From an uncultured Chthonomonadaceae bacterium (lineage in GTDB: Bacteria; Armatimonadota; Chthonomonadetes; Chthonomonadales; Chthonomonadaceae): 64,000 nucleotides of DNA. Location: NCBI GenBank assembly GCA_963817895.1, contig CAWFQB010000008.1, positions 1-64,000 of the forward strand, in the 5' to 3' direction. Below, piece after piece: positions 9,787-19,457 of the stretch. The notes beneath the pieces were generated by a model. It worked only from the letters and a program-made list of their open reading frames with translations, was not told the DNA's origin and did no database searches. The position numbers and the translations under genes were made by a program. The number at the start of each line of letters is the position of its first letter. Positions within the stretch are counted from its first letter, which is position 1.

Positions 9787-10673
9787 CTACGCTTCTTCCA
9801 AGTTTCATGTCCGCCAGCGTATTCGCGGTGAGAACACGTCTGAGCAAAATTGTCAACTGCGCTTCGTCGGTGATGCTGCGAACTCTGATTTCAGCCTCCT
9901 CGGGTAGTTCACCAAACTTAGTTTGCAATAAATCAAGCAACACTTTGCGCGTACCCTTAACCATGCCACGCTCTTCGTAAATACTCAGCATCTCTCCTAC
10001 CTCCGGTTCCTCTGACTCTGAGACAAGGTTTTGAAAATCCGAAGATTCCTCCGCGCTCAATGTGAGATACGTCTCAATAATGTTGGTGAGCAGCACCTTC
10101 CGCGCTTCATCCACATCACTGACCGCCACTTGCTGCAAACTCACTTGCTTCTGGCGCGGACGCCCTTCTCGACTGGCTTTCATCAGGGCGGTCAGCGCGG
10201 CGGCAAGCGGATTGTCGCGGTACAGATAGTCGTCGGCTTGCAGTTCCGGCAGGCCGATAGCCGCATAGTGGAAGGTGAGTATCTCTGTGTCGAACAAACT
10301 CTCCTGATACGTCTCATGCGTGATGCCGCCCGTCCCCGGCACGATGTAGAGCGCGATGGGAAATACGGGCAGTTTGTAGCGCAGTGCACAGCAGCATGTA
10401 ATACTCGAACACGCGGAACCGCACTTCACTGCGGCGCTCGGATTGCGTTTCCACGTTGATCAAGACCAGTTCCGGGTCGCCGTCCAGCGTGGGCACAAGC
10501 GCAACCGTATCGGCGCGGCGAACGCTGCCCTCCGGCACATCCGTAAACAGTTCCGTGTTCGGGAACGTCACCTGCTCCCAATCCAGACGGGCGGCGATGT
10601 CGGGAAAGAACAGTTCCATGAACTCGCGCAGAAAGGCTTGCAGCAGTTCCTTGAACAGTTGGTCGTGTGCCAT
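9787..10673 (-). CDS. Rpn-family recombination-promoting nuclease/putative transposase with DUF4351-like C-terminus; two apparent frameshifts (about 10389 and 9799)
   Basis: HDQLFKELL..FLREFMELFFP, RRAD, INVETQ, RVFEYY; C-terminal LLQTKFGELP; a 1-nt correction gives ...DMKLEEA-stop at 9787. Confidence 0.8.
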
Positions 10674-10865
10674 ACCGATCTATTCGGCAAGGAATAAGAT
10701 TATGCCTGCATTGTACGCCGAAATATGCGTTTCTTTATCAAATTCGCTTCAGCAAACGTATTGAGTATGGAGCCGGCACAGACCCGCTAAAGGAAGACCC
10801 TCACGCGTTGCAACGGCGGAACTTAAACGACTGAAAACCTGCATTTGTGATACAATAGAACACTT

Positions 10866-13251
10866 ATGGACGCACATTCCCTACACATACTTGAATATAA
10901 AAAAGTGCTGGATCGGCTGGTCACGCACACAAGCAACGGCATCGGGCGCGAATTCGCGCGGCAGTTGGAACCCCTGCCCTATCCCGAAACCGTCACGCGA
11001 CGCCTACAGGAAACGCGAGAAGCGCGGGAACTGCGCGACAACGACAGCGGCCTGCCGCTTGGCGGTATCCACGACATTCGCGCTACGGCGGAACGCGCCC
11101 GCATCCAGACGCGCCTGACCGGACACGAACTGCTGACGGTGATGCACACGGCAGGCGCGGCGCGGCGTATGCGCCAATTTCTGCTGAACCGGCAGGAAAA
11201 GGTTCCCCTGCTTGCGGAAATGGCGACCAACCTGCCCATTTTGCAGATCGTGGAATCGCGCATCGAATCCAGCATCAGCGAGTCGGGCGATGTGCGCGAC
11301 TCCGCCTCGCCGGAACTCGGACGCTTGCGCAGCGCGATTAAAGTGGCAAGCGCGCGGCTGACCGACCGCCTGCAAAGCATTTTGAGCAGTGAGCGCGTCC
11401 GAACGTTTATTCAGGATGGCGTGATTACGGTGCGCGAAGGCCGCTACTGTATTCCCGTCAAGGCCGAATACGCCAAAGCGTTCGGCGGGATTGTGCATGA
11501 CGCCAGCCAGTCGGGCGCGACCGTTTTCATCGAGCCGCAGGGCACGGTAGATTTGGGCAACGAACTCAAGCAACTGCACATCAAGGAAGAGCAGGAAGTT
11601 TCCCGCATTTTGGGAGATTTGGGCGGGCTTGTCGGCAGTTTTTATGACGAGTTGCAGCGCGTGATTTCCATTTTGGGGCATTTGGACGTGATACACGCCA
11701 AAGCGGTTCTGGCCGAAGAGATGGACGGGATCGAGCCGAAAGCTGAACCGACGCGGGATCGTGAAACTGTACGACGCCCGCCATCCGCTTTTGCCCGGGA
11801 AAGTGGTTCCGATTGACGTGGTATTGGGCGAGAAGTTTACCACACTGCTCATCACCGGGCCGAACACGGGCGGCAAAACCGTCACGCTGAAAACGCTCGG
11901 ACTGCTAACGCTTATGACGCTTGCCGGAATGCAGATACCGGCGGGGCCAAACAGCGAAATCGCCCTGTTCGATCAGGTGTACGCGGATATTGGCGACGAG
12001 CAGGACATTCAGCAATCCCTTTCCACATTCAGCGCGCATCTCAAAAACATCGCCCGGATTATGGATACGATTGGCGGAAACGCGCTTGTTCTGCTGGATG
12101 AAGTGGGTTCGGGAACCGATCCGGCGGAGGGGGCCGCGCTTGCCAAAGCCCTGCTTGACAACCTGATGGCGCACAATGCCCGCGTTGTCGCGACCACGCA
12201 CTATGGCGAACTGAAAGAGTACGCCTACGCCCGACCGGGCATCGAAAACGCCAGCGTGGAGTTCGATACGGAAACGCTGTCGCCCACGTACCGCATTTTG
12301 CAGGGCGTTCCGGGCATGTCCAACGCCTTTTACATCGCGGCGCGATTGGGCCTGTCTTCGGATATTATCGAAGACGCGCGCTCGTTCCTGTCCCGCCGCG
12401 AACTGGAAACCGGGGAACTGCTACAACAGATAGAGGCCAGCAGGCGGCAGGCGAAGGCCGCGGAACGGGACGCTTTGCAGGCGCGCGAAGACGCGACAAA
12501 GGCGCGGGACGAGTACCAGAAGCGGGTTCAGCAGATTGCGGACGTACAGCGCACGGTTCGGCAGGAGGCGCAGGAAGAAGCGCGAACCATTCTGCGCCGC
12601 GCGACCGACAAGGCCGACAACATTCTCAAGGATTTGCAGCGCATCAGCAAGGGAACCCGAACGGGAACGTCCACGCGCAAAAGACTGAATACGCTGCGAT
12701 CCGATACGTTGGGTGACCTGGATACGCATACGGAACTGCCGCAGGAGGATCTGGCCCCGCTGGAACCCGGCCACAAATACAAACAGGGCGACCGCGTTCG
12801 GGTAATGACGCTGAACATGGACGGGCAATTGCTGGAAACGCCCCGTGACGGCGTGGTTGCGGTGCAAATCGGTAATATGCGGGCCACGCTGCCCATCGAG
12901 CAACTGCGCCCGCTGAAAAAGGTGGAGGTTGCCGCCGTCGAGCGCAAAGCCATGCAGCCTGCAGGGAGTTCCGGCGTAAGTGAAATCGCTATGCGCAAGC
13001 AGATGCACATCTCTCCCGAACTGATGCTCCGCGCCATGCGGGCGGACGAAGCGCAATCCCTCTTAGACAAGTACGTGGACGACGCTTTCGCCGCCGGGTT
13101 AAATCAAGCGCGGATTGTTCACGGCAAGGGTACGGGCGCATTAAGAAAAGTGGTGCAGGAGTATCTCAGCGGGCATCCGGCAGTCGCCTCGTACCGGTTG
13201 GGCAAGGAGGACGAGGGCGGCGACGGCACTACCATCGTAATCTTCAAGTAA
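10866..13251 (+). CDS. mutS2: Endonuclease MutS2, frameshift in AAA at 11739-11741 (probable sequencing error)
   Basis: GIVHDASQSGATVFIEP, ITGPNTGGKT, QSLSTFS, LLDEVGSGTDP, TTHY, Smr domain HGKGTGALR. Confidence 0.95.
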
Positions 13252-13263
13252 CCACCTTTAAGT

Positions 13264-13731
13264 TCAGACAGGCAGGGGTACAATCTCCAATGCCTGTTTG
13301 AACTTGTCGTAGCATCTGGAAACGAGTTCTATTTCCGCGCGTTGTCCTTCACGGTTTATGTATGCGATAATCAACAATCTGGTGAATATGATGCTTTTTT
13401 CACGTACAGCAATAATGTTTTGTTTCAGAATGCGGTGTTCGAGGTCATAGAAGTCTGTGAATAGCGTGAAGGGAAAGAAGGAAGTCACCCACACTTCGTT
13501 CGTCGTCACAATTAGTCTCAAGCAATAGCTCGCTCCGCCAAGTCGGGTGATAACGTTTTTGCGCGAGCGCCCGGAGGCAAAATTCTCCTGATAGAGTATC
13601 GGCGCGTCAAGAAGGGCCGGGAAAAGCGGCCCGCGTTTTCGCTTCTCCTCCCAGCGCCAGCTAAAATACAACGCGCCGACTATCGCGCAGAGACACCATG
13701 CCGTCCAGAAGAGCGTGTCGTTGAACCTCAT
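13264..13731 (-). CDS. Hypothetical membrane-anchored protein
   Basis: 155-aa ORF with N-terminal TM segment; 4-nt overlap with the upstream ORF. Confidence 0.6.
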   Translation of the reverse strand: MRFNDTLFWTAWCLCAIVGALYFSWRWEEKRKRGPLFPALLDAPILYQENFASGRSRKNVITRLGGASYCLRLIVTTNEVWVTSFFPFTLFTDFYDLEHRILKQNIIAVREKSIIFTRLLIIAYINREGQRAEIELVSRCYDKFKQALEIVPLPV

Positions 13732-13955
13732 TCCATCTCCTCAAAATGGTCGTGTAACTCATCCATACTTTTGGCGAGACGCGCCTCACATTCCGGGCTG
13801 CAAAATTGCCCCTGCCAGATGACCGATGCCGTGCCGCAAACGCTGCAATGCGTACGCGAGTTTTGGCTGTTTACCGGCTTCTGAACGGAACGATACCCGG
13901 CGATGAAATGATAAACTATTAGCGAGCCAACAACAACAAAAGCAATTATGAACAT
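13728..13955 (-). CDS. Small protein with TM anchor and Zn-ribbon
   Basis: HCSVCG...FCSPEC. Confidence 0.5.
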   Translation of the reverse strand: MFIIAFVVVGSLIVYHFIAGYRSVQKPVNSQNSRTHCSVCGTASVIWQGQFCSPECEARLAKSMDELHDHFEEME

Positions 13956-14155
13956 GTTTCATCATCCTTTTGCAGCGTAAGTTATGGTGGTAGTCTGCCC
14001 TCCGTAACAGAATACGCGAACCGCTCGTATATTCCTGCAAGCGGTCAATGAAATCCTCTCAGAAGCGTTTAGAAGAGGGTAGGGAATTGACGCTTTACCG
14101 GGCATACAAGCCTGCTGCTGAACGCTCGATGCGCGACGCTTTTTCGGAGACTACA

Positions 14156-14452
14156 ATGACTTTATGGGGATGGTGGCTGATACTGGTTGGGACGGGGTTA
14201 CTCGTCGGGGCGTTGGGCGCGTGGACAACACAGGCCGCCCGCGTGTTTATGAAAACGTTGGGAGTTCCGCTTGTGCTGATCGTGATGCACCTGCTGCTGC
14301 CGCCCGACTTTCCCGCCCGTACCAATATCTGGCTGATTTTGATGGATATTGTGCTGTTCGCGCCGTTCGCGCTGCTCGGCGATTACGTGGTCGGCCTGCT
14401 GCTTGGACGGCATGACAAAGCGGGGTTTCGCTCGGATTCGGTAGGACATTAA
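14156..14452 (+). CDS. Small membrane protein (start uncertain)
   Basis: Three hydrophobic segments; GGAG before ATG 14156. Confidence 0.55.
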   Translation: MTLWGWWLILVGTGLLVGALGAWTTQAARVFMKTLGVPLVLIVMHLLLPPDFPARTNIWLILMDIVLFAPFALLGDYVVGLLLGRHDKAGFRSDSVGH

Positions 14453-14468
14453 GCAGGGAGAAAACGAT

Positions 14469-15176
14469 TTGGATGAGTTGATTGAGGGCGTGCAGGAATT
14501 TCAGGCGGAGGTATTTCGTGAGCGGCAGGCGTTGTTCGAGCGGCTGAAAACCGGGCAGAATCCCGACGCGCTGTTTATTACGTGTTCCGATTCCCGCGTC
14601 AATCCCAACCTGATTACGCAGACGGACCCCGGCCAATTGTTCATTATACGCAACGCGGGCAACATCATTCCGCCGCACGGCGCGGCCAATGGCGGCGAGG
14701 GCGCGACGGTGGAATACGCGGTGCTGGCGCTTGGTATCCGTGACATCATCGTGTGCGGACACTCGCACTGCGGAGCCATGCGCGGCCTGACGCATCTTGA
14801 GGAGTTGAGCGAAATGCCCGCCGTCACGCGCTGGCTGCGCCATGCCGAGGCCACGCGGCTGATTGTGCGCGACAAATATCCCCATCTACACGGTGAAGAG
14901 CTGCAAACGCAGGCGGCGCGCGAAAATGTGCTGATACAGATTGAAAACCTGCAAACCCATCCGACTGTTGCCGCCAAACTCTCTATGGGCCAACTGAAAC
15001 TGCATGGCTGGATGTACCATTTTGAAACGGGCGAGGTATCCGCGTACAATGCTGCCGCGCGCCGCTTTGTTCCTATCGCGCAGGGCGGCGACAGCGCGGG
15101 AGAGTTTCAGGTTCTCGATCATTTGCCGGAAGCGGCCACGCCAAAGGCAGGCGCATTGCCGGGAGCGGGCAAATAA
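14469..15176 (+). CDS. Beta-class carbonic anhydrase
   Basis: CSDSR, RNAGN, GHSHCGAM zinc ligands. Confidence 0.93.
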   Translation: MDELIEGVQEFQAEVFRERQALFERLKTGQNPDALFITCSDSRVNPNLITQTDPGQLFIIRNAGNIIPPHGAANGGEGATVEYAVLALGIRDIIVCGHSHCGAMRGLTHLEELSEMPAVTRWLRHAEATRLIVRDKYPHLHGEELQTQAARENVLIQIENLQTHPTVAAKLSMGQLKLHGWMYHFETGEVSAYNAAARRFVPIAQGGDSAGEFQVLDHLPEAATPKAGALPGAGK

Positions 15177-15179
15177 CGT

Positions 15180-15381
15180 TTAATCGCGTTTCGCCTCGAT
15201 GAATTGCCCCGCAAGAATACCCGCAGCGCAGGCGGACAGGAAGAAGGGGCGTTCGGCCTCTATATCGCGCCCCATGTGGTCACGTTCATTTCGAGGGATT
15301 GTAGGAGGTCGAGGGCGCTGTCGGCCATGATGAAGACGGATTGATGCGATTCTTCCAATCCGGTCTCTTCCAGCGTGTTCA
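15180..15381 (-). pseudogene. Orphan duplicate of the last ~67 codons of the DUF3866 gene
   Basis: Aligns with 18192-18394; same C-terminus AERPFFLSACAAGILAGQFIEAKRD; many substitutions are synonymous. Confidence 0.88.
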
Positions 15382-15412
15382 TTCTGCGGATACGTCACCG
15401 GCTCCGATTCCA

Positions 15413-15724
15413 TCAGCCTGTGATTGGGGACAGTGCCTGCTCGTTTACCCATCCCCGTAAGCGCTCCATCATCTGCACGATAGACACGTTCTCTTTACGG
15501 GCTAAATCATAGATTGCATCCATGATACGGCGCTCATGATCCACAAAGTCGGGGCGCAGAGGAATGAGCAGCTGCGCCTTGCTTCCCTGGGTGGGGCGCA
15601 TCAGAACGAAATGCGGCGAGGGCGAGGGGACCTCGCGCCATCCGCTGGCGAAGGCATATTGACGGAGCGCTTCATGTGATATTTTCTTGACATCTTCGGC
15701 AGATAGGGCATTAGGATAAATCAT
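15413..15724 (-). CDS. Hypothetical protein (likely truncated partner of the DUF4365 gene)
   Basis: 103-aa ORF overlapping the stop of the upstream ORF. Confidence 0.5.
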   Translation of the reverse strand: MIYPNALSAEDVKKISHEALRQYAFASGWREVPSPSPHFVLMRPTQGSKAQLLIPLRPDFVDHERRIMDAIYDLARKENVSIVQMMERLRGWVNEQALSPITG

Positions 15725-16050
15725 CAGAGTGTCTCCTGTCTCGCAACGCGCAGCAAGAGATTCCGCAAAGCGGAAGGAGAAAAGACATTACTCACCGGAA
15801 TTGAGATGCGCTGTGTCTTGCTATTTGTTGAAGCGGGAAGTCCCGCAAGATTGTACCAATAGGCGCAGCGCCGCAAAATCAACTCCTGCCTGCTCTGAAC
15901 CGCCCAGTGTTCGCGTTGTTCCGGCAGATGGAGCAGCACGAGGAGTGCAGGAATGTGCCGATTATCGATACGCAACTCATTGTAGTTTTTGATCGGCAGA
16001 TCGAAAAGAAGGGTTTCATCGCGTATCTCGACCTTTGCCGAAGATTTCAC
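15724..16050 (-). pseudogene. DUF4365 (PD-(D/E)XK-like) protein, C-terminal fragment
   Basis: KNYNELR...PALLVLLHLP...W...LRRCAYWYNLAGLP; N-terminus missing. Confidence 0.65.
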
Positions 16051-16118
16051 ATGATGCCCGCAAGCGCGCTCATATCAGGGAGGCTGCATTCGTCCTCCGA
16101 ATGTCATCGCCACCTACA

Positions 16119-16242
16119 ATAAATCACCGTTCTCCTGCGCAGCGACAGCCAGAGACAGAACAAGGGCAGAGTCATTCACTCTGCCCTCATCACCTCTTCG
16201 CCGTTATTCGAAATGTCCAGCGTTAATATCAGAATGGTTAAC
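16119..16242. repeat. 124-bp direct repeat, copy 1 (abuts the attC R' site)
   Basis: 6 mismatches against 17586-17709; internal hairpin AGGGCAGAGT-CATTC-ACTCTGCCCT. Confidence 0.93.
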
Positions 16243-16324
16243 ACACAGATCAGCGGCGGCCACTGAAACCTCTGAATTGGCAACCAAGCTGACGGCGGCC
16301 GTCCGTTGCACTGCCTGGTTGGGC
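16236..16324 (-). mobile_element. Integron attC site
   Basis: Minus strand GCCCAAC-CAGGC-AGTGCAAC...GCTGATC-TGTGT-GTTAACC; imperfect palindrome 15 nt after a stop codon. Confidence 0.7.
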
Positions 16325-16339
16325 CACCTGCGGAACCGC

Positions 16340-16672
16340 TTATTCGGCGTGATAGACCGGGAACGCCACGACCAGGATGGCTTCTTCCGCTAACGCCTCA
16401 AACGTGGCGCGGCGCACAATATCTACATAGCCTGAAAGTCGGTCGAACCCTTCCGTGAAGGTGAACGGCGTGTCGGTATACAGCAGATTGACCCTATCTT
16501 CCACAGGCAGGCCTAACTGCGATTGATAACTGCCGCTCAGTCCTCGTATCAGTGTGCAACCCCCGAAGGCGTAGGTGAACTCCTGTATCAGAGCCTCCTG
16601 CAAATCCTGATACGCAGCCGAGGGCAGGTCAGGAAGGTAGATTTCGATCCTGGCTTTTGCGGATAGCGGCAA
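16340..16672 (-). CDS. Hypothetical protein, second gene of a TA-like overlapping pair in a cassette
   Basis: TTG start overlapping the upstream small ORF; ARIEIYLPD...EFTYAFGGCT. Confidence 0.6.
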   Translation of the reverse strand: MPLSAKARIEIYLPDLPSAAYQDLQEALIQEFTYAFGGCTLIRGLSGSYQSQLGLPVEDRVNLLYTDTPFTFTEGFDRLSGYVDIVRRATFEALAEEAILVVAFPVYHAE

Positions 16673-16811
16673 TGAACTGCTCCTTGCGTTCGGGGAAGGC
16701 TTCCATGCGCTTGAGCAACTCCTCGGCACTGAGTTTGAGACGTTTGGGCCGTTGCACCTTGATTTCCTGGACTTCCTGGACTTCCTTTGGTTTTTGCAGT
16801 TGGGTAGGCAT
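16629..16811 (-). CDS. Small hypothetical protein (antitoxin-like position)
   Basis: 60 aa; AAGGA SD and upstream TATAAT on the minus strand. Confidence 0.55.
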   Translation of the reverse strand: MPTQLQKPKEVQEVQEIKVQRPKRLKLSAEELLKRMEAFPERKEQFIAAIRKSQDRNLPS

Positions 16812-16905
16812 AGTTTTTTCCTTACAGATTAAAGATGGGGTCGGGTTGTTTATTTCTATTATACCCTATAAATCGCCGTTTGGTTGAAGTTCTCAGCGAG
16901 AATGG

Positions 16906-17508
16906 CAAGGCCGGCGCATCTAAAATAGTTCGACACAGGAAGTTGGAGCCTTCAAGGGGAGTGAGGTACCATTCCCCTTTAGGAGCTTGCCTGATGTTTA
17001 CGTCTGCCTTTCCCACGCTTGTGGAGTGCCCGTCGGACTTACCCGATCCGCGCCTGGAGCGTACCCGCCTGCACTCGTTACTGGACATTCTCGAGATTGC
17101 CAAGCGTGAGTGGCTGCAAGGACGCTTGGAGTTGCACAACGGCATTCCTTCCGCTGAGACCTTTCGGCGCGTCTTTGCCCGCCTGCAACCGAGGGCGCGG
17201 CAAACCTGTTTTCGGCTGTGGCCCCGAACCCTGCATCAACTCACCGAAGGCGAAACCATTTCCCTCGATAGCAAGGTGTTGCGGCACAGTTCCGACCTCG
17301 CCTGCGGGCAAAGCGCCATCCATGTGGTCAGCGCGTGGGCAGCGAGTACGCGTCTGGTATTGGAACAACTGCGGTTCTGCGCCACATCGCCCTCAACCTG
17401 ATCCGGCAGGAGAAGACCTGTGAGCGCGGCATCAAGGCACGGCAGAAGAAAGCGGGGGACAACGCCTATTTAGAGCAAATTCTCCTCAGTTAAGATGCGT
17501 CGGCCCTG
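16906..17508 (+). mobile_element. Internally deleted ISAs1-family insertion sequence
   Basis: Terminal IRs CAAGGCCGGCGCATCT / AGATGCGTCGGCCCTG (14/16 match); fragments LPDPR, GIPSAETFRRVF, IHVVSAW, LRHIALNLIRQ. Confidence 0.85.
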
Positions 17509-17585
17509 CGATTGCATCGGGCTTCGCCCGATGCAATTTTGTATCCCACATGGCTAAAGTCAAGAGTCTTAAAATCACGGTTTCT

Positions 17586-17709
17586 ATAAATCACCGTTCT
17601 CCTTCGCAGTGACAGCCAGAGACAGAACAAGGGCAGAGTCATTCACTCTGCCCTCATCACCTCTTCGCCGTTATTCGAAATATCCGGCGTTAATACCAGA
17701 GTGGTTAAC
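17586..17709. repeat. 124-bp direct repeat, copy 2 (abuts the attC R' site)
   Basis: Matches 16119-16242. Confidence 0.93.
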
Positions 17710-17792
17710 GCTCGGCATCACCCGCCGCCCCACATCTTTGCCAGAGCATGACAGGCAGCGTGTCGGCGGTCGGGTGCATGCCGTTGTTGGGC
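17703..17792 (-). mobile_element. Integron attC site
   Basis: Minus strand R'' GCCCAAC, 5-nt spacer, L'' CATGCACC pairing with L' GGTGATG (one extrahelical base), 6-nt spacer, R' GTTAACC. Confidence 0.85.
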
Positions 17793-17817
17793 GCGTCTTG
17801 TAGAGAACAATCACCTT

Positions 17818-18180
17818 TTAGGCTTTGTCCTTTCCGACCACGAACCTTCCCCAGCGCCGTGTGTAATAGTTTAACAGGACATAGCTAAGAATGAAGACAA
17901 ATGCCAGCGAAACAGACAGGCTATGTATCAGAAACACTATCACGGAGACCGCCGTAGCTAAAGCCCAAGACAATATCACCGTACTCTTCGGCACCACGCC
18001 ATCTTCGATTACTAAGGCACTTGCCCCAACACAGGCGAAGAGAAGCCCTACAAGAGGCGGCAAGATGAAAGATGAGATCGCCAAATTCAGATTGGAGGTT
18101 AACGTATAGACCGGCAATCCACACAGTAGCCCCATAAGGAGCGCGACGCCGATATATTTGTAGCCTCTGTTAATCTTCAT
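17818..18180 (-). CDS. Membrane protein, probable gene-cassette ORF
   Basis: 120 aa, about 4 TM segments, lower GC, followed by attC. Confidence 0.65.
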   Translation of the reverse strand: MKINRGYKYIGVALLMGLLCGLPVYTLTSNLNLAISSFILPPLVGLLFACVGASALVIEDGVVPKSTVILSWALATAVSVIVFLIHSLSVSLAFVFILSYVLLNYYTRRWGRFVVGKDKA

Positions 18181-18191
18181 ATTTTTAATTC

Positions 18192-19346
18192 TTAATCGCG
18201 TTTCGCCTCTATAAACTGTCCTGCCAGAATGCCCGCAGCGCAGGCGGACAGGAAAAAAGGGCGTTCGGCCTCCAGATCGCGTCCCATGGTGGTGACGTTC
18301 ATTTCGAGGGATTGCAGCAGTTCGAGGGCGCTGTCAGCCATGATGAAGACAGGCTGATGCGATTCTTCCAGCCCGCTGGCTTCCAGCGTATTCAGCAGAA
18401 TCTGCATCTCTTCGCCTGCCAGAACAGGCAGGGGCAGCATGGCCTGCGCCAATGCCGCTGTTTTCAGCACAGTCAGCGTGTGGTGGCTGATGCCCCGATG
18501 CCGTTCCCGCGTATCTGTAAAACTGATGCGGGCAACCGCAATCGCCGTTCCGCTCAGGGAAGCGACCGCATTGATCGCCTGCCCCTGCTCCAGTCCGGAA
18601 AAACCGAGCGGCGTACCGGTTCCTACATTTCCCGGCCCCTGACAGACAATCGCCATATCCGCGCCGACAACCGTATACGCCGTCGCCAGCGCGGAATACA
18701 CGTTCACGCACTCGTGATCGCCGCCGAACGCCTGTCCTGCCGTAATGGTGGCGGATATCCAGCTCTTTTCCCGCAGTTCGGGGATAAGGCGACTCAGCGC
18801 AAGGGGCAGAGCCGCGCCATCGGTCATAATGTACGCAATCCGCGGGCGATGCCCGCCATGATGCATCAACGCCCAACGAACGCCCGCGCAAATCGCGGGA
18901 ATCTGACTGTGCAGTTGGGCGCACACAACCGGCATCTCATTAAGCGATTGAAAGCGGCGCAACATTTCATGGTAGGGGCTTTCCGGCGACTCGACGGCGA
19001 GTACCGGCACTTGCAGGGGCGTGTAGCGCAGTTTCAGAATGTGGCCGGGGGCGGGCGCGTCCGGTTCCTCGTCCCGCAGAATGGCAACCACAAAATCTTT
19101 CCCGCCGGTTCCCAATCCCAGTTCGACGGCAACCGTGTTCAGCAGGATTCTGTCGCCCACCTCCACACGCCCGCACAATTCCACCAGATTGATGGCAGGC
19201 CGAAGTTCGCCCCTCTCCCTCTGGTTGGGTTCGGCGGCGTTTGCTTCCCGGCGCGACTCTCCTGTGGCAACGCGCGCGAGTATCTCCTGCGCGCCCTGCC
19301 GTTCCGCCGTTATCGTTTCCACTTGTCCTGCAACACGTCGCTTCAT
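18192..19346 (-). CDS. DUF3866 family protein
   Basis: LNTVAVELGLGTGG, GHILKLRYTPLQ, LHSQ, MTDGAALP, GQAFGGD, RHRGISHH. Confidence 0.88.
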   Translation of the reverse strand: MKRRVAGQVETITAERQGAQEILARVATGESRREANAAEPNQRERGELRPAINLVELCGRVEVGDRILLNTVAVELGLGTGGKDFVVAILRDEEPDAPAPGHILKLRYTPLQVPVLAVESPESPYHEMLRRFQSLNEMPVVCAQLHSQIPAICAGVRWALMHHGGHRPRIAYIMTDGAALPLALSRLIPELREKSWISATITAGQAFGGDHECVNVYSALATAYTVVGADMAIVCQGPGNVGTGTPLGFSGLEQGQAINAVASLSGTAIAVARISFTDTRERHRGISHHTLTVLKTAALAQAMLPLPVLAGEEMQILLNTLEASGLEESHQPVFIMADSALELLQSLEMNVTTMGRDLEAERPFFLSACAAGILAGQFIEAKRD

Positions 19347-19361
19347 GGCGGAAATCCGTGT

Positions 19362-19452
19362 TAGGGAGTAGGGAGTAGGTTGTAGGGAGTAGGAAAAACG
19401 ATGTTTAACTCGCGCATTGTCCTATTCCCTACTCCCTACTCCCTACTCCCTA
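19362..19452. repeat. Inverted pair of 7-nt tandem repeats (GGGAGTA)n/(TACTCCC)n
   Basis: 19362-19394 and 19420-19452. Confidence 0.9.
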
Positions 19453-19457
19453 TCCTC

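Noticed and set aside
8852..10429. 525-aa apparent Rpn-acetamidase fusion ORF
   Set aside because: One extra base at 9798-9801 hides a stop (LEEA-TAG at 9787); the acetamidase has its own SD-like sequence and ATG.
11739..11741. Programmed frameshift or split mutS2 (likewise moaC, xisH, reductase)
   Set aside because: No slippery heptamer seen; fits the window-wide homopolymer indel pattern.
16119..16242. 124-bp repeat as a group IIC-attC intron or IS1111-attC remnant
   Set aside because: No GUGYG start, domain V, reverse transcriptase or IS110 transposase recognised.
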